Assembly (NCBI GenBank): GCA_001779115.1
Contig: MFJF01000012.1
Location: 33,142-97,141 of the forward strand
DNA from: Candidatus Gottesmanbacteria bacterium RIFCSPHIGHO2_01_FULL_40_15
GTDB taxonomy: Bacteria; Patescibacteriota; Microgenomatia; 2-02-FULL-39-11
Length of the DNA stretch: 64,000 nt
Direction of reading: 5' to 3'
The number at the start of each line of letters is the position of its first letter. The first letter of the stretch is position 1. The position numbers and the translations under genes are program-made. The notes beneath the pieces were generated by a model. It had not been told where the DNA came from. It saw nothing but the letters and a program-made list of their open reading frames with translations, and did not search any database. This document shows, piece by piece, positions 48,174 through 58,022 of the stretch.

Positions 48174-48893
48174 TTGTGCTTTGATACAATTCTTACTGTG
48201 CTTAATCAACTGCAAAAAGATTTATATAAACTGAAAAATCCGGACAAAGCAAAAATTCTTTCACGTTTTTTTAAGACAGGGAAAGGACAATACGGTGAAG
48301 GAGATATATTTTTAGGCATAACAGTTCCGGTTCAGCGCAAAGTTGCCGGGAAGTACATTAATTTAACCCTGAAAGAAACACAACGATTAATAGAGAGTAA
48401 AATTCACGAGCACAGGCTGGTCGCCATTTTGATATTAGTTGAGAAATATAAAAAAGCCGGACCGGGTAAAAAGAAAGAAATTGTTGATTTTTATCTTAAA
48501 AATACAAAAAATATAAATAATTGGGATCTGGTTGATTTATCAGCGGAAAAAATATTAGGAGAGTTTTTATTGGATAAAAATAAAAATTTACTTTACAGAC
48601 TTTCTAAATCAGAAAATCTTTGGGAAAGAAGGATTGCTATTCTGGCAACCTTCCAATTTATTAAAAATAAAAATTTTACGGATGCGTTAAAGATTTATAA
48701 ACTCGCTCTTAAAGATAAACATGATTTAATTCAAAAAGCCGTTGGTTGGATGCTAAGGGAAATCGGTAAAAGAAACCCAGAGGCAGAGACAGAGTTTTTA
48801 AACAAGCATTATAAAAATATGGCAAGAACAACTTTAAGGTATGCTATTGAGAGACTGGATGAAAAGAAAAAGAAATACTACATGAGAAAATAA
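48174..48893 (+). CDS. DNA alkylation repair protein (AlkD/AlkC-like HEAT-repeat glycosylase family)
   Basis: 239 aa. NNWDLVDLSA...WERRIAILATFQFIK...WMLREIGKRN matches the DNA_alkylation family pattern. Confidence 0.6.
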   Translation: MCFDTILTVLNQLQKDLYKLKNPDKAKILSRFFKTGKGQYGEGDIFLGITVPVQRKVAGKYINLTLKETQRLIESKIHEHRLVAILILVEKYKKAGPGKKKEIVDFYLKNTKNINNWDLVDLSAEKILGEFLLDKNKNLLYRLSKSENLWERRIAILATFQFIKNKNFTDALKIYKLALKDKHDLIQKAVGWMLREIGKRNPEAETEFLNKHYKNMARTTLRYAIERLDEKKKKYYMRK

Positions 48894-48927
48894 AGTTTCA
48901 CACCTGCTATAATATATTTTTCCTTTT

Positions 48928-49761
48928 ATGGAAAGCCCTTATTTTTCGATAATAATTCCCGCACTAAATGAAGAAAAATATATTTCCGGACTTCTTAAGT
49001 CACTTATTAATCAGACCTACAAAGAATTTGAAGTGATATTAGTTGACGGTATGTCCGCAGATAAGACCGTTTCAGTTTTTAAAAAATTTCAAAATAAACT
49101 TCCCCGTTCGCAGTATCTTGTTGCAGATAAAAAAAACGTTTCATATCAAAGAAATTTAGGGGGGAAAAAAGCCACCGGAAAATACCTTATTTTTTTTGAT
49201 GCGGATGTAAAAGTTAATCCTACTTTTCTAGAAGAAGTCCACTTGGCTTCGTTAAAACAAAAATTTTCACTAGCAACCACATGGATTGAACCCGATTCGG
49301 AAAAGACAGCTGATAGGATAATGTTACTTTTAGCCAATATCGGCCAGGAAGTTTATAAAATAGTAAACAGGCCTTTTAGCGGGGGCTATAATACAATAGT
49401 TACGAAGAAAGTTTTTTTAAGGTTGAACGGATTCCGTGAAATGAACATTAATGAAGATCATGATTTTGCCATCAGGGCATTCAAAAAAAAGATTGAAACA
49501 ATCATTCTACCTGAGCCGAAAGTGATCTTCTCTCTGAGAAGATTCAGGTCGGAGGGAACGTTAAATGTTTTAAGGAAATACGCTCATGCCGCCATATATG
49601 CCATGCTGAAAGGTCCGGTAATATATGAAATGTTTGAATACAGGATGGGCGGGCACGTGCATAAAAGAAGACGGAAAAAAATAAATTTTGTTAAGATTAA
49701 TACTTATATCAAAACAATCGAAAAACTGGAAAATAATCTGAATAAATTATTGAGAGTGTAA
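48928..49761 (+). CDS. glycosyltransferase family 2
   Basis: 277 aa. FSIIIPALNEEKYI and FFDADVKV (DxD). Confidence 0.65.
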   Translation: MESPYFSIIIPALNEEKYISGLLKSLINQTYKEFEVILVDGMSADKTVSVFKKFQNKLPRSQYLVADKKNVSYQRNLGGKKATGKYLIFFDADVKVNPTFLEEVHLASLKQKFSLATTWIEPDSEKTADRIMLLLANIGQEVYKIVNRPFSGGYNTIVTKKVFLRLNGFREMNINEDHDFAIRAFKKKIETIILPEPKVIFSLRRFRSEGTLNVLRKYAHAAIYAMLKGPVIYEMFEYRMGGHVHKRRRKKINFVKINTYIKTIEKLENNLNKLLRV

Positions 49762-49797
49762 TATAATCAGGCGCTTTATGAAAGGATAATCAGATAA

Positions 49798-51171
49798 ATG
49801 AAGATAATATCAGACCTGCAGTTGCATTCAAAATATGCCAGAGCCGTATCCAAAGATATGGTGATTCCCAAGATATGGGAGTGGGCGAAAATTAAAGGAA
49901 TAAACCTCATAGCCACGGGCGACTGGACCCATCCTCTATGGCTTAGGGAAATTAAAAGCCATACGGAGGAAACGGGAAGCGGATTACTTAAGTTAAAAAA
50001 CACCGGCAACGGACAGGGGAGCACCGGACCCCAGTTTTTACTGGAAACAGAGGTTTCATGTATTTATTCCCAAGGAGGCAAATTAAGAAGAATTCATATT
50101 CTAATTTGGGTTCCGACCATAAGTTCTGCCGAGAAAATCAATAAGAAACTGATGTCGATGGGGGCAAATCTCATGTCGGACGGCCGGCCGATAATGGGAT
50201 TGACCAGTAAACAGATTGCCGATACGGCATTATCAATTGATCCCAAAAGCCTGATAATACCAGCCCATATTTGGACACCATGGTTTTCTTTATTCGGCTC
50301 ACAATCCGGTTTTGATTCAATTGAAGAATGTTTCGGGGATTACGCCCGGTATATATACGGGGTTGAGACAGGTTTATCAAGCAATCCGTTAATGAATTGG
50401 CGGATTAAAGAACTTGACAGCCGGTCAATAGTGTCCTTTTCCGATGCCCATTCAGGACCAAAGCTGGGGAGAGAAGCGACAGTATTTGAAGTTTCAGAGC
50501 TGACATTTGACAACATCCGCCGGGCAATTATGGAACCTTTTCAAAAAGCACAAGGCAGTAGTAAAAAGTCAGAATTATCAAAAAACAGGATTGATTATAC
50601 AATTGAATTTTATCCGGAAGAAGGCAAATACCATTATACCGGGCACAGAAATTGCAATATTAAGCAAACTCCGGAAGAAACAAAAAATAAAGGAACAATT
50701 TGTCCGGTTTGCGGACGAAAACTGACAGTCGGGGTAATGCACAGAGTAGAACAACTTTCCGGCAGAAAAGAAGAAATATTAAAAATAAACTTTAAAGAAA
50801 TTGAAGGAATACGTCCAAAAATCTATTTTTCTGAAAGTTTTAAGGAAAGACCTCCTTATATGATGCTGGTTCCTTTACATGAAATATTGGCACAAGCAAT
50901 AGGAGGTTTACCAACCAGTAAAAATATCCAGAATGAGTATAAAAAGTTAACAGATTTTTTTAATTGCGAATTTAATGTTACGTTGTCAGCTGACACAAAG
51001 GATATAGCCAGAATTTCAGGAGAAAAAACAGCTGAAGCCATTTATAAGGTCAGACAAGGAGATATATATGTTGATCCGGGTTATGACGGAGTTTTCGGCA
51101 AAGTAAAAATTTGGCATGAAAAAAAAACTCAAGAGAAATCGGATAAAAAAGACCAAATGAGTCTTTTTTAA
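49798..51171 (+). CDS. PHP-domain protein, endonuclease Q (EndoQ)-like with a C-terminal zinc ribbon
   Basis: 457 aa. The N-terminal SDLQLHSKYARAVSKDM...GINLIATGDWTHP matches the PHP/EndoQ-type metal-binding start. C-terminal CPVCGRKLTVG zinc ribbon. Confidence 0.4.
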   Translation: MKIISDLQLHSKYARAVSKDMVIPKIWEWAKIKGINLIATGDWTHPLWLREIKSHTEETGSGLLKLKNTGNGQGSTGPQFLLETEVSCIYSQGGKLRRIHILIWVPTISSAEKINKKLMSMGANLMSDGRPIMGLTSKQIADTALSIDPKSLIIPAHIWTPWFSLFGSQSGFDSIEECFGDYARYIYGVETGLSSNPLMNWRIKELDSRSIVSFSDAHSGPKLGREATVFEVSELTFDNIRRAIMEPFQKAQGSSKKSELSKNRIDYTIEFYPEEGKYHYTGHRNCNIKQTPEETKNKGTICPVCGRKLTVGVMHRVEQLSGRKEEILKINFKEIEGIRPKIYFSESFKERPPYMMLVPLHEILAQAIGGLPTSKNIQNEYKKLTDFFNCEFNVTLSADTKDIARISGEKTAEAIYKVRQGDIYVDPGYDGVFGKVKIWHEKKTQEKSDKKDQMSLF

Positions 51172-51180
51172 TAAACAGGC

Positions 51181-51912
51181 ATGAAGACAAAAAAACTTCT
51201 GGTTGTTGTTGCCCATCCTGACGATGAAGTTTTCGGACCCGGAGGAAGCATTGCCAAATATTCTTCATTAGGGGTTGAGATTCATCTTTTGTGCGCAACC
51301 CACGGAGAAAGCGGACAATCAGTTAAAAACAATCAAAAAGAATACAAAAGCGGTAAAACAATCCATCTAATCCGCGAAAAGGAACTCCTGAAGTCAGCGG
51401 AAATATTAGGAATTAAAAAAGTTGAGTTTTTGGATTTTATTGACGGTTATTTGAGTAATGCAATATATCATAAATTAGCCGGTAAGATTATAAGGAAAAT
51501 AAAATCTTTTAAACCGCAGGTAATTATGACAATGGACAGATCAGGAATATCGGGACATCTTGATCATATAGCAGTGTCATTGGTGACAACATATTCATAT
51601 TTAAAAACCGCGGAAGCGCAAAAACTTTACTATTTGTGCCTGCCGAAAGCCTGGTATGATGAGCGCAAGCTTGATTATTTCATTTATTTTCCTGAAGGGG
51701 TTGATGACGATAAAATAACAACCAGGATTCAATTTCCGGATTTTTGGGAAATTAAAAAAAAAGCCATGAAAGCACATAAAAGTCAAATAAAGGACGTGAG
51801 AAATCTACTTCAAAGTTTTGAGAACTGGCCAAAAATTGATAATTATATTTTGCAGTATCACAGAAGAGCAAAAGTAGAAATACCGGAGAATGATTTATTT
51901 TCAGGAATTTAA
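51181..51912 (+). CDS. PIG-L/LmbE family N-acetylglucosaminyl deacetylase
   Basis: 243 aa. VVVAHPDDEVFGPGGS is the zinc-binding signature of the family. Confidence 0.75.
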   Translation: MKTKKLLVVVAHPDDEVFGPGGSIAKYSSLGVEIHLLCATHGESGQSVKNNQKEYKSGKTIHLIREKELLKSAEILGIKKVEFLDFIDGYLSNAIYHKLAGKIIRKIKSFKPQVIMTMDRSGISGHLDHIAVSLVTTYSYLKTAEAQKLYYLCLPKAWYDERKLDYFIYFPEGVDDDKITTRIQFPDFWEIKKKAMKAHKSQIKDVRNLLQSFENWPKIDNYILQYHRRAKVEIPENDLFSGI

Positions 51913-51924
51913 ATATTTGTCTTA

Positions 51925-52341
51925 TTGACGCAAAATCAGACAGGATGTTATGCTGAATGGGAGGTTAATTTAACCTTTTCCAAAGGAGGTGATCAGATGG
52001 CTGAACAAAATACTTCAAATGAAAAAATGATGGGTGCCGTATCCTATTTATTAGGTCCTATTACCGGAATAATAATTCTTTTAACTGAAAAAAATAATGC
52101 AAATATCAGATTTCACGCAATGCAATCAACGCTTTTATTCGGAGCAATATTTCTTTTCAACATAGTTTTGGGAATTATTCCTGTTTTAGGCTGGCTGGTT
52201 GCTCTGGTATTATCTCCTCTTATCGGTATTGTTTCCCTGGTTTTATGGCTTTTATTAATGTGGAAAGCATATAACGGAGAAAAATTCAAACTGCCATATT
52301 TCGGTGATTTAGCGGAAAAACAATTAGCAAAGATGAAGTAA
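51925..52341 (+). CDS. small DUF4870-like membrane protein
   Basis: GAVSYLLGPITGIIILLTEK...RFHAMQS...three TM helices, the typical DUF4870 pattern. The real start is probably MAEQ at about 51985. Confidence 0.45.
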   Translation: MTQNQTGCYAEWEVNLTFSKGGDQMAEQNTSNEKMMGAVSYLLGPITGIIILLTEKNNANIRFHAMQSTLLFGAIFLFNIVLGIIPVLGWLVALVLSPLIGIVSLVLWLLLMWKAYNGEKFKLPYFGDLAEKQLAKMK

Positions 52342-52344
52342 CTG

Positions 52345-53076
52345 GTGGAACGGAATTTTTTGAAAAGGGTATTAAAAATTTCTGTCCGGAGCGGGCGGAT
52401 TTTTTTACTTTGGTATATTACAATGATTTTTGAGAGCAGACAAGCGGCAGGAAAAATGCTGGCTAAGAAGCTTTTTGAGTATAAAAGTAATAATGAGATG
52501 TGTGTTATGGCAATCCCGCGGGGAGGAGTGGTAACAGGAGCTGAAATAGCAGAACAATTAAATCTTCCACTTGAAGCAATATCCATAAAAAAACTGGGGG
52601 CTCCTTTCAATCCAGAATTGGCTATCGGAGCAGTGGCACAAAATAATACAAAATACATAGATCGGGATTTAATTGCGAAACTGGCAGTCACAGAAGAATA
52701 TCTTGAGAGGGAAACAGAGGAAAAAATGAAAGAAGTGGAAGAGAGAGTATTTAAATATAAAATTAATTTAAATTCCCTAACAAAACACGCAAAATTCATC
52801 TTAACCGATGACGGAATTGCCACAGGAGCAACAGTCAGAGCAGCCTTAACGTTTATTCAAAATTTATCCAAATTAACGGGAGTAAAAAGATGGGCTATAC
52901 TGGCGATACCGGTGGCTGCCAAAGATACGGCGGCCTTATTCAAGAATGAAGCTGATAAAATAATTATTTTACACGAATCCGAAGATTTCGGAGCCGTAGG
53001 TCAATTTTACCGTAATTTTTCCCAAGTTGAAGATGAAGAAGTTATAAATATTCTTGAAAAATACAGGAGGAAATAA
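52345..53076 (+). CDS. type I phosphoribosyltransferase domain protein
   Basis: PRPP-binding motif FILTDDGIATGATV. Confidence 0.6.
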   Translation: MERNFLKRVLKISVRSGRIFLLWYITMIFESRQAAGKMLAKKLFEYKSNNEMCVMAIPRGGVVTGAEIAEQLNLPLEAISIKKLGAPFNPELAIGAVAQNNTKYIDRDLIAKLAVTEEYLERETEEKMKEVEERVFKYKINLNSLTKHAKFILTDDGIATGATVRAALTFIQNLSKLTGVKRWAILAIPVAAKDTAALFKNEADKIIILHESEDFGAVGQFYRNFSQVEDEEVINILEKYRRK

Positions 53077-53675
53077 TGAAAATGATTGTCGGTTTGGGAA
53101 ATCCTGATGAGAAATTCAGATATACCAGGCATAATGTCGGTTTTATGGTTATTGAAAAATTAGCCAAAGAGATTTTGCCATTTGATAAATCGGAAAAAGC
53201 GTGGAGAAAAGAGGATAAATTTTTATCTTTCTTATGCAAGGCAGGAAGCAATCTTCTTATTAAACCGAAAACATATATGAACAGGATAGGAACGGCAATC
53301 AAGCTTTTAGTTGATTTTTATAAAATTAAACCGGAGGATTTATGGGTTGTTCATGATGATATCGACTTACCGTTGGGAAAGATCAGGATTAGACTCGGAG
53401 GCAGTTCAGGCGGGCATAACGGCATTGAGTCAATTATTAATTCACTCACCAATGCCAATTTTTACCGATTCAGATTAGGAATAGGCAGGGGAAAACTTGA
53501 TTTAAAAAAGACAACCGATATTAATTTATCAAGAAGAATGATAGAAAAATTCGTATTATCTCCATTTAAAGACAGTGAGGGCGGAGCGGCGAAGAAAATG
53601 ATCAAAAATACCGTTAAAGCACTAGAAATTGCCCTTGATAAAGATATTGATTCGGCAATGAACAGGTTTAACTAG
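53076..53675 (+). CDS. pth: peptidyl-tRNA hydrolase
   Basis: 199 aa. MIVGLGNPDEKFRYTRHNVGF is the Pth signature, including the catalytic His. Confidence 0.85.
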   Translation: MKMIVGLGNPDEKFRYTRHNVGFMVIEKLAKEILPFDKSEKAWRKEDKFLSFLCKAGSNLLIKPKTYMNRIGTAIKLLVDFYKIKPEDLWVVHDDIDLPLGKIRIRLGGSSGGHNGIESIINSLTNANFYRFRLGIGRGKLDLKKTTDINLSRRMIEKFVLSPFKDSEGGAAKKMIKNTVKALEIALDKDIDSAMNRFN

Positions 53676-54321
53676 CGGTGAAAGCCTTATGGAGGATAAT
53701 TTTTTTAGATTTTAGAAAGCTTAAAACATTGACGAGAGAATAATAAGATACAGAAATTCCTCCGGCCATTAAAAGTCTCTCCATTAAAGATTGCGGAATT
53801 AAAGCCAGCCAAATTTCACGGCTTAATCCGAATGCCCAAACCCAAAGAACCCCTCCTACAGCGTGAGCCGTATAAGTGGCAGCCAAGCTTCTTACAAAAA
53901 GATTTTTACGGAAATAGTGGCCTATAACAGGTATAAACCACATAAGAGAATATTGCCAAGCGGACCGGCCGATCGGATGGAGGTTAAATAAAAGTATTGA
54001 GAGCAGAGGAATTACGAGATTAATATTCCTTTTTTTACCAAATATGATAAGAGCAAACAGAACAGGAAAAAGCCTGATAACGGCAGCAAGTCCGCTGAGT
54101 TTTTCAGGGTGAAGAAGAAAATTTACCAACTGGATGAGAAAAACAGTCAGAATACCGGGTAAAGTGGCTATAAAAACTCCAAATGAAGGAGCCATAAAAT
54201 CATATAGGGTGAAGTTAACACCTGAACCTAAAAGGCGGGTAAAAGGGATTTGAAGGGCAATAAGTCCCAAAAGAAAGAAAAGTGGTGTAATAATAATTTT
54301 TGAGGTGACTGTCCGCTTCAC
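53668..54321 (-). CDS. polytopic membrane protein, possibly an ECF-transporter S component
   Basis: 217 aa, 5-6 TM. Weak resemblance to ECF substrate-capture subunits. No diagnostic motif. Confidence 0.3.
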   Translation of the reverse strand: MKRTVTSKIIITPLFFLLGLIALQIPFTRLLGSGVNFTLYDFMAPSFGVFIATLPGILTVFLIQLVNFLLHPEKLSGLAAVIRLFPVLFALIIFGKKRNINLVIPLLSILLFNLHPIGRSAWQYSLMWFIPVIGHYFRKNLFVRSLAATYTAHAVGGVLWVWAFGLSREIWLALIPQSLMERLLMAGGISVSYYSLVNVLSFLKSKKIILHKAFTAS

Positions 54322-54410
54322 AAGATTTTATTTTATCATCACGGATTTTTGTGTCAAGACCGTTTTTTTGAACAAGCCTGAAAAACCTGAGATAAGATAT
54401 AATTTGAAGA

Positions 54411-55748
54411 ATGATTAAAACTTATGAAGAAGCCGTTAAATATCTGGAAAAATTTATTCCAACTGCCGATAAAAGACATCCGGGAGAATTGGGAATTGTA
54501 CGAATGAGATTATTAGCTGCACTTTTAGACAATCCTCAAAATAAATTCAAAACAATTCATGTGGCAGGAACTTCCGGCAAAGGATCTACAGCAACAATTC
54601 TGGCAAATATACTTGCCAGGAAATACAGAGTCGGTCTGCATACATCCCCGCATTTGGAGAGATTGAATGAGAGGATTGCGATATCAGACAACAGAAAAAT
54701 ATTCAGAGAAGTAACTAATAAAGAATTTGTTGAACTTACAAATGAAATTAAACCAAAAATTGAGAAGATGGAGAAGGATCTTTTAGCTCCAAGTTATTTT
54801 GAGATCGTAACAGCGTCGGCATTTAATTTTTTCATGAAAGAGAGGGTTGATGTAGCGGTTATTGAGGCCGGACTTGGCGGGAAGGTAGACGCAACAAATA
54901 TTATAAATCCGGTTATTTCAATTATAACCAATATCGGGCTTGATCATACGGATGTTTTAGGCGAAACGGTCGAAGAGATAGCCAAAGATAAAGCCAAAAT
55001 AATAAAAAAGGGTATAACCCTGGTAACAGGAGTCCGTCAGACCAGAGTCGTTAACATAGTTAAAGCAGAAAGCCGGAAGCTGCGGGCTAAATCACTTTTT
55101 TTAAATAAAGATTTTAGCGTAAACATCAGAAAAATCACTGAGAAAGGTACATATTTTGATTATGCAGGAGAAAAAAATTATAAAAATCTTTTTATACCGC
55201 TTCCGGGAAAACATCAGGCTGAGAATGCAACTTTAGCAATAAGAGCTGCGGAGGTGATGGGTAAATACGGATTTGAAGCAGATGAAAACAGCATAAGAAG
55301 AACTTTAAAGACAGTGACTATTCCAGGAAGGATGGAGATTATCAGGGAAAAGCCGTATGTTATTCTCGACGGTGCTCATAATCCGGATAAGATCAGAGCA
55401 TTGGTAAATGCTTTTAATGATATTTGGGCGAACAGAAAAGCAACAGTAGTTCTTGCCATAAAAGAGGGGAAAAATGCATTTGAAATGATTTATAATCTTT
55501 TACCCATTTCACAAAAAATAATAATAACACAATATAAAATAATGACTGAACAGGGGGAGATAACATCATATAATACAGGTATAATTGAAGAGAAGATCAG
55601 AAAAATTAACAAGAAAATTCCAATAATTTCAATTACCGATACTGAAAAAGCGGTGAAGTCAGCTATTAAAAAAGCAGAAAGAAGAGATATTATTCTTATA
55701 ACGGGATCACTTTATCTGGTTGGTTTAGTAAGACCAATATTCAAATAA
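54411..55748 (+). CDS. folC: folylpolyglutamate synthase / dihydrofolate synthase (Mur ligase family)
   Basis: 445 aa. HVAGTSGKGST P-loop. Conserved Mur-ligase blocks (VIEAGLGG, ITNIGLDH). Confidence 0.75.
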   Translation: MIKTYEEAVKYLEKFIPTADKRHPGELGIVRMRLLAALLDNPQNKFKTIHVAGTSGKGSTATILANILARKYRVGLHTSPHLERLNERIAISDNRKIFREVTNKEFVELTNEIKPKIEKMEKDLLAPSYFEIVTASAFNFFMKERVDVAVIEAGLGGKVDATNIINPVISIITNIGLDHTDVLGETVEEIAKDKAKIIKKGITLVTGVRQTRVVNIVKAESRKLRAKSLFLNKDFSVNIRKITEKGTYFDYAGEKNYKNLFIPLPGKHQAENATLAIRAAEVMGKYGFEADENSIRRTLKTVTIPGRMEIIREKPYVILDGAHNPDKIRALVNAFNDIWANRKATVVLAIKEGKNAFEMIYNLLPISQKIIITQYKIMTEQGEITSYNTGIIEEKIRKINKKIPIISITDTEKAVKSAIKKAERRDIILITGSLYLVGLVRPIFK

Positions 55749-56086
55749 TGAAAGATAAGAGTTCAAAAATACTTTCAATCGGAGATATTTTATCAAAGTT
55801 TAATCCCCTTGAAGATAAATATATATCCCGCGAATTTCAATCATACGGTTATTACCTGGCTGAAGAATTAAACGACTTTAAGCATAAGTCACTTTATATC
55901 AAGCTGGCAAAAACCGTTTCACGGCCGCTTTTAGAAAAAGCACTGGAATTTTCAGCTGATGCCAAAGCAAAAAATAAAGGCGCACTGTTTATGTGGAAGT
56001 TAAAAGAATTGGGAGCGTGGAATCAGGAGAAGATAAAAAACACGGGAAAGAAAATCAAAGCGAAAATAAAGGATATACCCTTTTAA
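55748..56086 (+). CDS. hypothetical protein
   Basis: 112-aa ORF translationally coupled to folC. Lys-rich C-terminus. No motif. Confidence 0.3.
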   Translation: MKDKSSKILSIGDILSKFNPLEDKYISREFQSYGYYLAEELNDFKHKSLYIKLAKTVSRPLLEKALEFSADAKAKNKGALFMWKLKELGAWNQEKIKNTGKKIKAKIKDIPF

Positions 56087-56102
56087 CACTTAATAAACCC
56101 CG

Positions 56103-56675
56103 ATGAAAAAAAATAAAAGAGAAGAAAAGCCAATTCCGATAACTGACAGTTTATTTTTCCGGGCAGTAATTTTGTCAATTTCATTGATACTATTACTGAT
56201 AATCCTTATTTACCGGGATGAATTGAAAAGCCTGTCAAGGTACGGATACTTCGGAATTTTTGTAGTTAATTTCATATCTTCAGCAACTATTTTTTTGCCG
56301 GTTCCAGGGATAGCTACAGTATTTATCGGAGGAGCCGTCTGGAATCCAATACTGGTAGGATTAATTTCAGGAGCGGCATCATCTATCGGAGAATTGTTCG
56401 GTTATTTTCTTGGTTTTGGCGGAAGGGGCTTTTTAAAAACCATCGAGCATGAAGGTAAATGGGTTAAAAGACTGGAAAACACTTTTCTTAAATCCGGATT
56501 TAACACAACACTGATTTTTTCCCTAATTCCGCTGCCTATTTTTGACGCAATCGGTATTATCGCCGGCGCGGTAAGTTATCCGGTTGAAAAGTTTTTTTTA
56601 GCAACGATATTGGGAAGAACTGTCAGAAATATTGTTTTAGCCTGGACGGCATCACAACTATTACCGTTGAATTAA
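56103..56675 (+). CDS. DedA/VTT (TVP38/TMEM64) family membrane protein
   Basis: 190 aa. The VTT core is FISSATIFLPVPGIATVFIGGAVWNP...SSIGELFGYFLG. Confidence 0.65.
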   Translation: MKKNKREEKPIPITDSLFFRAVILSISLILLLIILIYRDELKSLSRYGYFGIFVVNFISSATIFLPVPGIATVFIGGAVWNPILVGLISGAASSIGELFGYFLGFGGRGFLKTIEHEGKWVKRLENTFLKSGFNTTLIFSLIPLPIFDAIGIIAGAVSYPVEKFFLATILGRTVRNIVLAWTASQLLPLN

Positions 56676-57638
56676 TATTACCTGCATAATAAGAATTGCC
56701 ACGTAGCTAAAAAAAAGAACAAACCCTTCTTTTCTGGAAACACCTCTTCCTGAAGACATAAAAATAAACAACAGAAAACTGATCCACATCATTATAGGGA
56801 TATCAAAGGCGATCCAATTAGGTTCAAGGTTAACGGGGGATAAAATGGCTATTATACCGGTGGTAACAAGAAGTGTAAAAACATTTGACCCAATTGTTTC
56901 AGATACGGCAACTTCAGTTAGTCCTTTTTTAGTAGCTTTGTAGGCGGCAGCGATATTGGGAATTGACGGAACGAATGCTCCCAGAGTCATGCCAATAAAA
57001 AGAGGATCAAGATTGAACAGTTTGACCATGGTAACAAGCTGACCGGAAAAAAAATAAGCTCCGGCCAGAAGAAGACTTAACCCGGAAATAAAAGAAAGCC
57101 AACCGGCTTTTATATGACCGAAATCAAAACCGATCATTTCCAGTTCTATATCAATATCCCTTGTAAGAGCCTCTTCATTATATTCAGTATGCTTTTCCTG
57201 AAGAAATACATTGGTGAGATACGGGATAAATAAAAGCAAGAGAGCAATTCCATGGAGCCTGTTGATTTGCCCGCCGCTGGAGATAGCAAAGATAAGAATA
57301 GGTATAACGATAGAGAAAATACCATCCCTTAAAATCATATTTTTGGATACGGTTAATGGTCTTATTATGGCCGGAAAACCAACCATTAGGCCGATATTGC
57401 AGATAATTGATCCAAAGATCACTCCAAGACTTATTGCCTGAAATCCTCGCAGACTACTGTCAACTGCAACCAAAATTTCAGGCAAGCTGACAACAACAGA
57501 AACCAGGATAAGAGCGACCGATATACTTGATGTTTTCAGTTTACGGGCAATAGGAACGAGAGAATCGGTCAACCAGTCAGAACCTTTGGCTATAAGCAGA
57601 ATACTTACTATAATTGAAACGGGTAAAAGAATCGGCAT
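56661..57638 (-). CDS. Ca2+/cation antiporter (CaCA family, YrbG-like)
   Basis: 325 aa. Two alpha-repeats carry GS..PE(L/I) motifs (GSDWLTDS...SLPEILVAV and GSNVFTLL). Confidence 0.7.
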   Translation of the reverse strand: MPILLPVSIIVSILLIAKGSDWLTDSLVPIARKLKTSSISVALILVSVVVSLPEILVAVDSSLRGFQAISLGVIFGSIICNIGLMVGFPAIIRPLTVSKNMILRDGIFSIVIPILIFAISSGGQINRLHGIALLLLFIPYLTNVFLQEKHTEYNEEALTRDIDIELEMIGFDFGHIKAGWLSFISGLSLLLAGAYFFSGQLVTMVKLFNLDPLFIGMTLGAFVPSIPNIAAAYKATKKGLTEVAVSETIGSNVFTLLVTTGIIAILSPVNLEPNWIAFDIPIMMWISFLLFIFMSSGRGVSRKEGFVLFFSYVAILIMQVILIQR

Positions 57639-57705
57639 GCGGAAAATAAAAAAATCTATTATTTATGAGTTTACATTAAATTTTCAGCTATTAAAATAAT
57701 AAATA

Positions 57706-57984
57706 ATGAAAAAGGTCAGGGTACATTTATTAATATCGGGAGACGTAACCGGGGTAGGATTCCGATATTGGACTAAAGTAATAGCGCAGAGTCTTAATTT
57801 AACGGGATATGTCAGAAATGCTGACCGGGGTTTGGTTGAGGCTGTATTTGAGGGTAATGAGGATAACGTGAAGCAGATGATTGAAAAATGCCGAAAAGGT
57901 CCTCAAGTTTCACAGGTTAATGGGTTACAAATCCAATGGGAGGAGGCAAACGGCGGAAATATAGGATTTGAAATCAGACAATAA
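57706..57984 (+). CDS. acyP: acylphosphatase
   Basis: 92 aa. VxGxVQGVxFR-like signature (ISGDVTGVGFRYW) and GYVRNADRGLVEAVFEG. Confidence 0.8.
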   Translation: MKKVRVHLLISGDVTGVGFRYWTKVIAQSLNLTGYVRNADRGLVEAVFEGNEDNVKQMIEKCRKGPQVSQVNGLQIQWEEANGGNIGFEIRQ

Positions 57985-58022
57985 GACTTGATAGTTATAC
58001 GGGGACTTCATACAATGGAATT

